Both the position numbers and the translations under genes were made by a program. Shown piece by piece: positions 36,154 through 45,704 of a DNA stretch of 62,525 nt. Each line of letters begins with the position of its first letter. Position 1 is the first letter of the stretch. The notes beneath the pieces were generated by a model. It was not told the origin of the DNA. It was given only the letters and a program-made list of their open reading frames with translations, and searched no databases. The DNA is from Pseudomonadales bacterium (GTDB lineage Bacteria; Pseudomonadota; Gammaproteobacteria; Pseudomonadales; JANQJO01), in assembly GCA_028281605.1 (NCBI GenBank), contig JANQJO010000085.1, forward strand, positions 1-62,525. The letters are read 5' to 3'.

Positions 36154-38679
36154 ATGATACAAATAGAACAATATAAAGAAATACTCTCTATTTTCACCAT
36201 TCTCACTAAAGAAAACAAATGGGGTGCTCTCCTTTTACTCTCTGGCTGTATACTCATTCTCTCACTAGGTATTAAAAGTATTATATTTCCTGACACAAAC
36301 GAATATACAATAAATACTTACCCAAGCCCTAGAACTATTTTAAATCCCATCGCTTCTGATTCAGTGGTTTCAACTTCCCAATTCCACGAACATTTTATAA
36401 GCTCTAATCAAACCAAAGGTTTAGGGCAGCCAAATTTTGAATTCTCTTATTACATTGAAAACCAACTCTCTGAACAAACCATTGAATCCTCAGAGCAATT
36501 AGAAAATCTATTTCTTAATACCAATCACACTAAACTCAATTTTGGCATCACACAAAGTCCCATCTGGCTACGCATAGCACCCAAATTTGAAACAGAAAAT
36601 AAGCCCAATTTGGATCTTAACATAGCGCTTTATGAAACTATCAAAATTTTTAAGTCCAATTCTGGGACTAACCCAAAGTCAACCACACTCAATTTATTAT
36701 TTTCTCACCATAATGCTGGTTTCAAACCTCCTTCGTTATCTTCACTAATTGATTTTCAAACCAATGAAATTTATTACTTAAAAATTGAATCCAAGCACCC
36801 CATTTCAATTGATATCAAACAAACACCTGATAATACACAAAGCTACTCAACTGTAATCACTGGGCTATTCGGCTCTCTGATCAGCACAACCTTATTATGT
36901 TTTGCAGCCACATTTTGGCAGCCTAGAATATTTCCTATGTCATTAGCAATCATAAAATCCGCTTTTGTTACACTGTTTTACACACTATCTGGAGTTGAGT
37001 TGTTTTCAAATTCAGAATTTATTAAACCCTCCTGGCCACTACTATTAAGCACAATCATCATATTTTTAAGCATACTCACCCATGCTTTGAACAACACACC
37101 AGACAAAATTACTTTTATGAAAACAACGCTTTCATTACCCGTATTTTTCACAACAGTGGCCTGTTTTTTTATATTAGGAACGACACAACAACCTATAGTA
37201 TTAATTGCAGCTGTTATCATGCTTGCCTCAGCTGTATTAGGGTATAATTTGTATTACCCCTACTCTTCTTCACAAAAAAACAACCATACACCCTCTGCCC
37301 AGCGGCCAAACCTACTCAATTTAGGTGTTTCATGCAGTTTTATGATGCTGCTACTAACAGGCTTATGCCTACTCATTTGGGCCTTATCAGGTGAATTACT
37401 CATTTTTAACAAAATATCGACATTATTAATTTTTCCAGCACTGGCTGCTTACAGCCTGTTTGGCTTTACCTTAACCAAGGCCATACTCTCAATACAAACA
37501 GATCCTTTCATCACTCCTGCACATAAGCCAGAACCTTCAGCCGACATCAATCAAAAAGTCTTAGGTAAACTCAAAGAAGAACTGATCTTTCCTCTCAATA
37601 GAATGCTACAAACTTATGATTACATGCGAAAACCAGAAACCCAAGCCCCTCCGAAGCAGTATTTAGATGCAATTACAGAATCTACCCAAAACATGTTGGA
37701 TAAAGTCTCAGAATACTCAGAACTAGCCACCCTAATGAAAGAGGATGTGCAATGGGAAAACCAACCAGTAGACCTACATGCTTGGACTATTAAGAACCTT
37801 GGACAATGGGAGTCTTACATCGCACAAAACAAACGACAACTAATTTTATCTTTTAAACCTTCTTCGACCCATTTAATCAACAGTGATCCTGAAAAAATAT
37901 CACAAATTTTTTCTGCCTTCTTCACCACCACCATTGATTACAGTACACAAGGCAACATCAGTGTTCGCATAGAAACCATAGAACTCAACGAACACCAGGT
38001 AGAGCTAAAAATCACCTTTAAAGACAACGGCTCATCCGTTCCTTATGATGTCGTCGATCTCATCAATAAAAAATGGATAACCGAAAGTCCAAAACAATCT
38101 CTGGACATGAACTTAAGTCATTGCAAACTGAGTATCGCTAAAAAACTTATCAATTTAGCCAACGGTAACTGTGACGCTCTTTACGAGGGCACACATGGTT
38201 GCACCTATGCCTTTTCGATTAAAGTAGGCATGGAAAAAATCAAACATGACCCTAAGTCAAATTCCTTACTCAGCGTTATTGACACAGGTTATAACAGTTT
38301 ATTAATGACTTATGATACAGAATATGGCATCACTATGGCAGAGCAAGCCAATAGTTTCGATGTTCCTATGAGCCTAGCCTTGTCCATTAAACAAGCCTCA
38401 AGAAATCTCAAATATCAACAAAGCTCTCCCAAAACCTTCGACACGATTATTATAGATTTCTCTCACGATGCAGAATCCTTACAAGGTTTTGTCTTTGAAA
38501 TTCGGGACAGTCAGTACTATCAAAACACACCTATTATTTTACTAACACATTCAGATCAAAACTTAGATTATCTAAGACCACTACTGCAAAATATTTTTAT
38601 CGCTAAAAGACCTGGCTACTTCCCCATCTTATATGATCAACTCAATAAAATAATGACAACAAACGCACAAAGTTCCTGA
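36154..38679 (+). CDS. 7TMR-DISM-type membrane sensor with a degenerate histidine-kinase core and a receiver-like C-terminus
   Basis: A periplasmic domain (NFGITQSPIWLRI..) is followed by 7 TM segments. The H-box-like segment lacks His (KEELIFPLNRML versus the canonical SHELRTPLN). The N and G2 boxes are degenerate (KDNGSSVP). The receiver-like tail reads IIIDFSHD..PIILLTHSD..IAKRP. Confidence 0.7.
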   Translation: MIQIEQYKEILSIFTILTKENKWGALLLLSGCILILSLGIKSIIFPDTNEYTINTYPSPRTILNPIASDSVVSTSQFHEHFISSNQTKGLGQPNFEFSYYIENQLSEQTIESSEQLENLFLNTNHTKLNFGITQSPIWLRIAPKFETENKPNLDLNIALYETIKIFKSNSGTNPKSTTLNLLFSHHNAGFKPPSLSSLIDFQTNEIYYLKIESKHPISIDIKQTPDNTQSYSTVITGLFGSLISTTLLCFAATFWQPRIFPMSLAIIKSAFVTLFYTLSGVELFSNSEFIKPSWPLLLSTIIIFLSILTHALNNTPDKITFMKTTLSLPVFFTTVACFFILGTTQQPIVLIAAVIMLASAVLGYNLYYPYSSSQKNNHTPSAQRPNLLNLGVSCSFMMLLLTGLCLLIWALSGELLIFNKISTLLIFPALAAYSLFGFTLTKAILSIQTDPFITPAHKPEPSADINQKVLGKLKEELIFPLNRMLQTYDYMRKPETQAPPKQYLDAITESTQNMLDKVSEYSELATLMKEDVQWENQPVDLHAWTIKNLGQWESYIAQNKRQLILSFKPSSTHLINSDPEKISQIFSAFFTTTIDYSTQGNISVRIETIELNEHQVELKITFKDNGSSVPYDVVDLINKKWITESPKQSLDMNLSHCKLSIAKKLINLANGNCDALYEGTHGCTYAFSIKVGMEKIKHDPKSNSLLSVIDTGYNSLLMTYDTEYGITMAEQANSFDVPMSLALSIKQASRNLKYQQSSPKTFDTIIIDFSHDAESLQGFVFEIRDSQYYQNTPIILLTHSDQNLDYLRPLLQNIFIAKRPGYFPILYDQLNKIMTTNAQSS

Positions 38680-38715
38680 TACATATAGCAAGTCATGCTC
38701 ATGAGCTATTAATAA

Positions 38716-38816
38716 GGTAAGACACAGGAAATAACCTACCCATTTTGAGCGGATGCATGTTTGAACACAGCGAGTTCAGAAGCGAACAATAGGTAGATTA
38801 TTTCCTGTGCCTTACC
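38716..38816 (-). repeat. Family-B structured element (inverted relative to 5837-5935), directly 3' of sodB
   Basis: ggtaagacacaggaaataacctaccca ... ataggtagattatttcctgtgccttacc. The loop is about 80% identical (33/41 by hand) to the fur-linked copy, and the arms are diverged but complementary. Confidence 0.85.
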
Positions 38817-38825
38817 TAACATCAA

Positions 38826-39404
38826 TCAGGATAAATTTTTCTCAGCAAACTGCCAATTGACCAAGTTCCAAAAACCTTCCAAGTATTTAGGACGAGCATT
38901 ACGATAATCTATATAGTACGCATGCTCCCAAAGATCTACTGTAATTAAAGGTATCAAATGGTCAGTAATCGGTGTGGCCGCATTACTGGTATTAACAATA
39001 TCTAAAGAACCGTCTGCTTTTTTGATCAACCAAGTCCAACTAGAACCGAAGTTGTTAACCGCCTTATCATTAAACTTTTCTTTAAATGCTGCAAAAGAGC
39101 CAAAGGCCGTACAAATGGCATCCCCAATAGCACCACTGGGCTCACCTCCACCATTAGGACTTAAGCTGTTCCAATAAAAAGTATGATTCCAAATTTGAGC
39201 TGCATTGTTAAAGACGCCACCCTCAGAGCTTTTAATAATTTCCTCTAAGCTTTTACTTTCTAAGTCAGTCCCTTGAATCAAACCATTGAGTTTAGTGACA
39301 TAAGTTGCGTGGTGTTTGCCATGATGAAACTCTAAGGTCTCAGACGAAATATGGGGTTCTAAAGCTGTTTTTTCATAGGGCAGAGCGGGCAATTCAAAAG
39401 CCAT
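38826..39404 (-). CDS. sodB: Fe superoxide dismutase SodB
   Basis: MAFELPALPY..LEPHIS..TLEFHHGKHH..YV and DLWEHAYYIDYRN. The track ORF extends 23 codons upstream; the ATG at 39404 matches the family N-terminus. Confidence 0.95.
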   Translation of the reverse strand: MAFELPALPYEKTALEPHISSETLEFHHGKHHATYVTKLNGLIQGTDLESKSLEEIIKSSEGGVFNNAAQIWNHTFYWNSLSPNGGGEPSGAIGDAICTAFGSFAAFKEKFNDKAVNNFGSSWTWLIKKADGSLDIVNTSNAATPITDHLIPLITVDLWEHAYYIDYRNARPKYLEGFWNLVNWQFAEKNLS

Positions 39405-39617
39405 AATCTTATCTTCCTCATCTAACATCAGTAGTGAATAAACTGTAAAAAAACTAACTTTACCAGAACTCATCGCTCAATGGAAAAATTTGATCAAAAA
39501 GGATGTTTTTTGTGCATCTATAACAGTTTTCAGAAAGGTTAACAGCTTGCAAGCAAGGATTGCATTTTTCTCAGTCACGCATAAAATAAATGGACTATTT
39601 ATTCATGAGCTTTCACG

Positions 39618-40172
39618 ATGACGCGTATAAAAAAAGCAGATCTAATCAAACAGCTTAAACTAGAACCACACCCCACAGAAGGTGGTTATTTTAGACGTAC
39701 TTACGCATCAGGCACCACAATACAACGGGACGACCAAAGCCATAGAAGGCTATTGACCTGTATTTATTATTTGCTCACAGACGACAGCCCACAAGGATGC
39801 CTGCATAGAAACAAATCAGATATCATACATTTTCACCACACAGGCTTGTCTATAAAATACACAGTCATTTCTGACCAAGGGAATCTACAAGAGCATCTGC
39901 TGGGACCCAACTTCTCTCAAGGCGAACAACCACAACTACTTGTGAGAGGAGGCGACTGGAAACAATCACAGCTATGCTTCAACCAAGAAGATCAACATCA
40001 TAGTGACCCATATTGGTATGGGCTAATCAGCGAAGCGGTAGCCCCTGGTTTTGAATATGAAGACAATGAAATTGCTACAACTGAACAGGCTCAGGCTTTA
40101 CTTGCTGAGGCTAAGGCCCATGGGAACAACCAGCGGCAGAAGTTGCTTAAAAATTTCTCAGATAAACCCTGA
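39618..40172 (+). CDS. Cupin-fold protein, DUF985 family
   Basis: LKLEPHPTEGGYFRRTY and IYYLL...S.LHR..SDIIHFHH. Its 3' end overlaps the convergent kinase gene by 82 nt. Confidence 0.7.
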   Translation: MTRIKKADLIKQLKLEPHPTEGGYFRRTYASGTTIQRDDQSHRRLLTCIYYLLTDDSPQGCLHRNKSDIIHFHHTGLSIKYTVISDQGNLQEHLLGPNFSQGEQPQLLVRGGDWKQSQLCFNQEDQHHSDPYWYGLISEAVAPGFEYEDNEIATTEQAQALLAEAKAHGNNQRQKLLKNFSDKP

Positions 40173-41929
40173 ACTTCTCTTTGCTTTTCAACAGCCACAT
40201 CTGTGCTATTGCTACTAGCCTGACCCCCTCTAAACCCTGCAAGTTTCTCTTGTATATATGGATCCTCTATAGTTTTCCGTTCACCTTGCACTGGAATTAA
40301 AAGATACGCTAAAAAATCCTGTAACGTTTTGCAGTCATCTGGCAAAAGATCACCATTTACATCTTCATAACATATCTTCATTTTACCGTTTTCATCCTTA
40401 CCTTGAAGAGTCACTGTAACCCAACCATCTGCAAGACTCATATTCGGATTCACATCTAAATCAACAACCAACTTTAAACCATTAGATAATACAACTGGTA
40501 ACCTTTTATTTGTACTAAGATCCTGTATAGCAGCTTTCACATTCGAATCAAAAGCATATAAAATCGCCAGGGCAAGGCCCCAGGTATCACGTATTTTTTC
40601 TTTTTTAAGGCACTGTTCAGCACCCCTAGCTTCTAACAAGCCTCGCAATATGTTCTGAGTCTTCTCATTAAGCTTTCCCATATAATCATCGTTACTGTGT
40701 CTTTCGGTTGGAGAATACAATACTGAACCACACTGTTGACCCTTCGCAACAAATTCTGGCTCAGATGTAGCAAGACCCATATCAAGTATTTTGCTTACTC
40801 CACCTTGGCTTCCCAAATTGTCTGGCTTAATATCTCGATGAACAATCTGTGCTGTGTGCATCTTCAAAAGAGCATCAAACAAATGTACAGCTTGCTCTTC
40901 GGTCATTTTATTTTTTCCAAAAATACTATCCAGTCTAGGTTGGCGCGAGACAACTTTAATTTCACCTTGCTCTGTTTTGTAAGGCATCATTATTTCTGTC
41001 AAACAAAAGTACTGTCCTTCAGGGTCAATGTTTTTCAGGGCTTGTGCCATACGATGCTCACCAACCGAAATCTCTAATGTACGACTGTTTGCCACTGTCT
41101 GAGCTTCAGATTCAGCCCCAGGCCTAACAACTCCCTCAAAACTAAACTCATCAGATGGAGAAGAAACAACTTTAGCAACATGCTCCCCTGCATCATACAC
41201 TTTGCCTGTTGTCCCTGCCCCCAAGATTTTACCAGGCTCATATTTTATGACTGCTGCCTGTCCTTGATCATTAAAACCAACCATACACTCATGCGTATTC
41301 TTGACCTTCACACAATTCTCTGGACCCGATACAGTCACAACAGATTCAATTTTCACCTCTTTCTGAAAACTTTCCTGAGCCTGTTCGGAACAAACATCTT
41401 GCAAAATATCACCAACCTTCATTGACTTAATTTTCTGTTGTACAAAATAATCAGTCGCTTGTTGCACTGCTTGCCGCTGCAAATCACTTAATTCAACAAC
41501 TGATGCTGTATTTTTACTCTTTGAGTGATAATACCGCTTCAACTCATCAATAGAATTAATCTGACCACCATACAAATGTTTTTTCAAACTCTCTAATCGC
41601 AATTCACCTCGCCCAGATGAAACATACTCATTCACTTTGCCATAAGAAACGTTATCAACAACTTCAACGATCTTTTTTAAGTCCTTACTCCTCAACGTTT
41701 TTAAGCATTCTATACCACACAGATGCTGCAACATTGCAGATTGCCGCCATTGAGCTCTACTTTCCCTCATTCTATTAAACTTCGACACAACAACACGGAC
41801 CTGACTGATCAGTTTATTAATAGAACAATGACAAAGCGCACTGGCAAACTCACGCCGCTTCGTTTCGTACAATGCTACGCTGGACTCACAAGAAGCATAT
41901 GTTTTCTCAACTGTCAATGTAGATCCCAT
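40091..41929 (-). CDS. Hanks-type (eukaryote-like) Ser/Thr protein kinase with an unknown ~225-aa N-terminal region; effector-like
   Basis: Gly-loop GAGTTGKVY, VAKVV (catalytic Lys), HRDIKPDNL, a DFG variant (LDMGLA), and an APE variant (YSPTE). No TM segment or signal peptide is apparent. Confidence 0.85.
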   Translation of the reverse strand: MGSTLTVEKTYASCESSVALYETKRREFASALCHCSINKLISQVRVVVSKFNRMRESRAQWRQSAMLQHLCGIECLKTLRSKDLKKIVEVVDNVSYGKVNEYVSSGRGELRLESLKKHLYGGQINSIDELKRYYHSKSKNTASVVELSDLQRQAVQQATDYFVQQKIKSMKVGDILQDVCSEQAQESFQKEVKIESVVTVSGPENCVKVKNTHECMVGFNDQGQAAVIKYEPGKILGAGTTGKVYDAGEHVAKVVSSPSDEFSFEGVVRPGAESEAQTVANSRTLEISVGEHRMAQALKNIDPEGQYFCLTEIMMPYKTEQGEIKVVSRQPRLDSIFGKNKMTEEQAVHLFDALLKMHTAQIVHRDIKPDNLGSQGGVSKILDMGLATSEPEFVAKGQQCGSVLYSPTERHSNDDYMGKLNEKTQNILRGLLEARGAEQCLKKEKIRDTWGLALAILYAFDSNVKAAIQDLSTNKRLPVVLSNGLKLVVDLDVNPNMSLADGWVTVTLQGKDENGKMKICYEDVNGDLLPDDCKTLQDFLAYLLIPVQGERKTIEDPYIQEKLAGFRGGQASSNSTDVAVEKQREVQGLSEKFLSNFCRWLFPWALASASKA

Positions 41930-42265
41930 AATATAACCCCCACCTAAATATAGAAAAAATTGGCAACGTATATAAACATTACTTAACCACCTTTTAATAT
42001 CATTTAAGCAAAAACTCTACCAAGAAACTGCTTGTATCACGCTTTTTGGTAACCAAGTCATCTTTATAAATACAAATGTAAAAGAATTTACAGCAAGTTG
42101 GCTCAATTTTTTTATTTGATACAAGTGTCAATTTAAGTCAAAAGTGGCCCATACTTAGTGAAAATAAACTGAAATTTAAAGCTAGACAGCTCCAATAGCG
42201 CACCACATGAGTGCATAACAGCAAGCATAACAGCAAGAGCACCAACACTATTCACTCATCATGTT

Positions 42266-42329
42266 ATTTACCGTGCAAATGTAATTTTCATCACCTGGGG
42301 TGACGCTTATTACATCGCTCATGGCTGTT
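42266..42329 (-). repeat. Family-A REP-like element (stem partly eroded), upstream of and co-directional with the kinase gene
   Basis: The reverse complement reads aacagccatgagcgatgtaataagcgtcaccccaggtgatgaaaattacatttgcacggtaaat. Confidence 0.85.
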
Positions 42330-42374
42330 TCAAGAAAAACCATCATGATCACGTAAACAGTTCGGTTCACCCCA

Positions 42375-42462
42375 GGAATGGTCACGAAATAACTTTAACA
42401 TTTTCCACTGCTGAACTCGCTTCGCTCAAAGATGAAAAAGGTATTTTGCACGGTTCCAAATC
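42375..42462 (+). repeat. Mosaic repeat: family-B left arm plus half loop, fused to a family-A right half, fused to the ggttccaaatc motif
   Basis: ggaatggtcacgaaataactttaacattttccactgctgaactcgcttcgctcaaa | gatgaaaaaggtattttgcacgg | ttccaaatc. Confidence 0.8.
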
Positions 42463-43234
42463 AGGACATTTTAGATCCCAAAAGACGAATTTTTACCCAC
42501 CGTTCTTAAACAGTGTCAACAGCAGCTGATTATTGAAATAAGTTGAGTTAAGCGACGCATTTAAAGTACTTGAAACCTAGCAATTCTAACCAATGTGGAT
42601 GTGTTTTTCCTGTCATGATTTCGGCCTGGGTTTTGCTCCGTCTTTCTGATCTTGCACTTCGCACTATTACCTTATAATTGAGCTGCTTCTTTCTGTTTCA
42701 TCCAGAGCGGTTATGACAGCATCCTCTTATCCTTCAAAATACTCCTTTAACTCGTCTTGCAAATGTACTGATCGAATTGCATATTCGTCACTTTCTAGAT
42801 GACATCTAAGTAATTGACACATTTCTCAAATTAAACTTATCATCTAGCTCTTTTACAAAAGCCAGTGCCGATTCTTTTTTGTTTTCTAGAGTGATGCGCA
42901 TTGTTGTGATTCTAGTTGTGCTTACTTGACATCATAGGCTTTTTGATCTTTGGCTTTTAGTAGCCGGCTTGTCTATATAATATGATTTTGCTCTATCCTT
43001 TCAGGTCTAGTTATTAAAGTTTGTTGCAGTATTGCAAAAGGGTCTTTTACTGTTTCTTTTGTCATAAGATTTTGTTCTTCAATAACTTGATAGATGTATA
43101 TAGAACATTCCCTTATGATTTTTCCGAACATTAGAAAAAAAAGCCATCCAAAATTTACATTTTTCTACTAGAAAATTGAACTCCGTTAGCTATATATAAT
43201 TGATACCTTTTGTGATGTTTTTGGAGAAAAAGCG

Positions 43235-43474
43235 ATGTCAGAAGAAATCGAAGAATACAACAATGAGTACTCAAATTCGGAACCTAAAGCGGTTAAGCAT
43301 ATTGATGATGGCTCTGATAGGTCAATTTCATCTAAGCAAACTATTAGAAGGCAGTTGCAAGAAGATATTGAGTTGTTTCTAAAAAAAGGTGGGAGTGTGC
43401 AAAGAGTAGGAACGCATATCACTGCAGATCCTCCTAAAAAGCCTTCGTCGAATTATGGCAGTAGGCCAATTTAA
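43235..43474 (+). CDS. Small acidic protein, tentatively SutA-like (RNAP-associated regulator family)
   Basis: Good RBS (ggagaaaaagcg-ATG), an acidic N-terminus, and a C-terminal ..FLKKGGSVQRVGTHITADPPKKPSSNYGSRPI. I recall this as the SutA-family tail. It is unverified. Confidence 0.5.
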   Translation: MSEEIEEYNNEYSNSEPKAVKHIDDGSDRSISSKQTIRRQLQEDIELFLKKGGSVQRVGTHITADPPKKPSSNYGSRPI

Positions 43475-43519
43475 ATATGATAATGATCGGCACCAGATGT
43501 CCAGTTTATTTACACTTCC

Positions 43520-44374
43520 TTAGGAGAGAACGGTAATTTGACCTTCAAATACGGCGTTTGTGGGCCCTTGCATGGATAATGTGTGACCTTTCCCCGGCCA
43601 GTGTACCCCAACTTTACCGCCTTTTAAATCGACCTGAACCTGTTTGTTAGTTTTATTGAGTTGAAAGGCAACCGCAGCTGCTGCACAGGCACCACTACCA
43701 CAAGCTAAGGTTTCTCCCACACCACGTTCAAAAACGCGCAGCTTTATGATTTCTTGGGTCTGTATTTCAGCAAAGCCGACATTGACTTTTTGAGGAAAGG
43801 CAGGGTGGTTCTCCAGGGCTGCGCCTAAATTGGTTGTATCAACCTGCTCAACATCCGATACGAATATAACAATATGTGGATTACCGATAGAGACGATACC
43901 AAATTTTACTGTCTGTCCTAGCACATTTAATTGATATAGGCCTTCTTTATTGGGTTTTGATTCCGGGATAAAAGGTAACGCTTTTGGAGAAAACTGTGGA
44001 CACTCCATGGTGACGCTCACAAGTGGGTTATTTGGTTTGACAATAACGTGTAAGTGAGTAGAGTGAGTTTGAAGTTTAATGGTACCTTCAGGCATAAGGC
44101 CCTTGTCTACCAAATAGCGACCTGCACACCGAGCGCCATTGCCACATTGGCCCACTTCTGAACCGTCCGCATTAAAAATTTGATAAGTCGCGTCCATATT
44201 TTTGTGGGTGGGTGGGCTTAATAATAACAGTTGATCGAAGCCAATACCTAAATGGCGGTTGGACCAGCTGCGAATCAATTCTGGTGTGATATGGCAAGTT
44301 TGCCTTAAGGTATCGATGACAACAAAATCGTTACCGAGACCGTGCATTTTTGTAAATTGTATCGTTGGCATCAT
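43520..44374 (-). CDS. dapF: Diaminopimelate epimerase DapF
   Basis: FTKMHGLGNDFVVID, and both catalytic Cys motifs (GQCGNGARC; LACGSGACA). Confidence 0.95.
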   Translation of the reverse strand: MMPTIQFTKMHGLGNDFVVIDTLRQTCHITPELIRSWSNRHLGIGFDQLLLLSPPTHKNMDATYQIFNADGSEVGQCGNGARCAGRYLVDKGLMPEGTIKLQTHSTHLHVIVKPNNPLVSVTMECPQFSPKALPFIPESKPNKEGLYQLNVLGQTVKFGIVSIGNPHIVIFVSDVEQVDTTNLGAALENHPAFPQKVNVGFAEIQTQEIIKLRVFERGVGETLACGSGACAAAAVAFQLNKTNKQVQVDLKGGKVGVHWPGKGHTLSMQGPTNAVFEGQITVLS

Positions 44375-44387
44375 AAATCCAAATTTT

Positions 44388-45650
44388 TTAAATTATGGCC
44401 TGTTCAGGCAGTAAAGTTTCGAGCCTGATTTGGTCGTCGAAGGACTCTCGTGCTCGAATTAAGTATGTTTTGTCTTGATCAACCATAACTTCTGCAGCTC
44501 TGTTGCGAGAATTGTAGTTTGAGCTCATTGTAAAACCGTAAGCACCTGCTGACATGATTGCAAGCAAGTCTCCTTGTTTTACGTTTAAAGAGCGAGCTTT
44601 TCCAAGAAAATCACCTGTTTCGCAAACTGGGCCTACGATATCCCACTCTTGAGAAGCTTGTGTCTGTGGCTCTTTACAGGGCAGGATAGGCTGCCAAGCT
44701 TGGTATAAGCTGGGCCGAATCAAATCATTCATTGCGGCATCTATGATTAAGAAGTTTTTATCTGATGTTGGTTTTAGGTAATCTGCACGTGTCAGTAGTA
44801 AGCCTGCGTTTGCAGCAATGGCGCGTCCTGGTTCAAGACAAATGCAGAGTTGGCGCTGTTTCAGTAGTGAGATAAGGGTTTCGACATAAGCTTCAATGGA
44901 CGGGGGATGTTCATCACGATAGCGTACTCCCAGGCCACCACCTACGTCTATGTGGTCGATAGGGATATTCAGAGTGTTTAATTGATCATGTAGCTCAAGC
45001 AAATGTGAGATAGCCGCTTCGATAGGTTTAAGCTCAAGTAATTGTGAGCCAATGTGGCAAGCAATGCCTTTGATATGTAAATAAGGGTGTTGATGCGCCT
45101 GTTTGTAAAGGTCTATCGCTTGTGTGATAGGAATACCAAACTTGTTTTCTTTGAGACCAGTAGCAATATAGGGATGTGTCTTAGGATTTACATCTGGATT
45201 GACACGAAACGAAATAGGTGCAATGTGTTGGCGTGTTGTGGCAATGTGAGCTATGCGTATCAGTTCAGCCTCAGATTCAATATTAAAACAGCCAACATGA
45301 GAGCTTAGCCCAAAGTTGATTTCGGATTCAGTTTTACCAATGCCAGAAAAGACTACTTTTGTCGGGTCGCCTCCTGCTTTTAGGACTCTTTTGAGTTCAC
45401 CTTCAGATACAACATCGAATCCGGCTCCTAGTTGGGCTAGTAATTGTAAAACAGCGATGTTGGAGTTGGCTTTGACGGCATAACAAATTTGGTGAGCAGT
45501 CTCTTTAAAAGCTTTGGAAAAAGTTTGGTAGGCATCAGTCAATGCGGCTTTTGAATAAACATAGCAAGGTGTGCCAAATTGCTCTGCAAGGGTCTGCAGA
45601 GGGACTTGCTCGGCATACAGTTCTTTATTCTGATATTGAAAATATGTCAT
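44388..45650 (-). CDS. lysA: Diaminopimelate decarboxylase LysA
   Basis: YAVKANSN (PLP Lys), HIGSQ, GGGLGV, and EPGR, at the lptM-lysA-dapF position. Confidence 0.95.
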   Translation of the reverse strand: MTYFQYQNKELYAEQVPLQTLAEQFGTPCYVYSKAALTDAYQTFSKAFKETAHQICYAVKANSNIAVLQLLAQLGAGFDVVSEGELKRVLKAGGDPTKVVFSGIGKTESEINFGLSSHVGCFNIESEAELIRIAHIATTRQHIAPISFRVNPDVNPKTHPYIATGLKENKFGIPITQAIDLYKQAHQHPYLHIKGIACHIGSQLLELKPIEAAISHLLELHDQLNTLNIPIDHIDVGGGLGVRYRDEHPPSIEAYVETLISLLKQRQLCICLEPGRAIAANAGLLLTRADYLKPTSDKNFLIIDAAMNDLIRPSLYQAWQPILPCKEPQTQASQEWDIVGPVCETGDFLGKARSLNVKQGDLLAIMSAGAYGFTMSSNYNSRNRAAEVMVDQDKTYLIRARESFDDQIRLETLLPEQAII

Positions 45651-45704
45651 GTTAAAAACCAGTAAAAAGTAATAAGAGCCGCTGCATGCTGCATAAAAAT
45701 CATC

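Noticed and set aside
36036-36296. 86-aa minus-strand ORF
   Set aside because: It overlaps the family-G repeat arm and the 5' end of the sensor gene, and its composition is typical of an antisense frame.
39405-39473. N-terminal 23-codon extension of sodB in the ORF track
   Set aside because: The family N-terminus (MAFELPALPY) begins at the internal ATG at 39404, and the extension is hydrophobic junk.
43186-43422. ORFs 43186-43422 (-) and 43200-43382 (+) overlapping the SutA-like gene
   Set aside because: The 43235 frame has a strong RBS and a family-like C-terminus. The others lack both.
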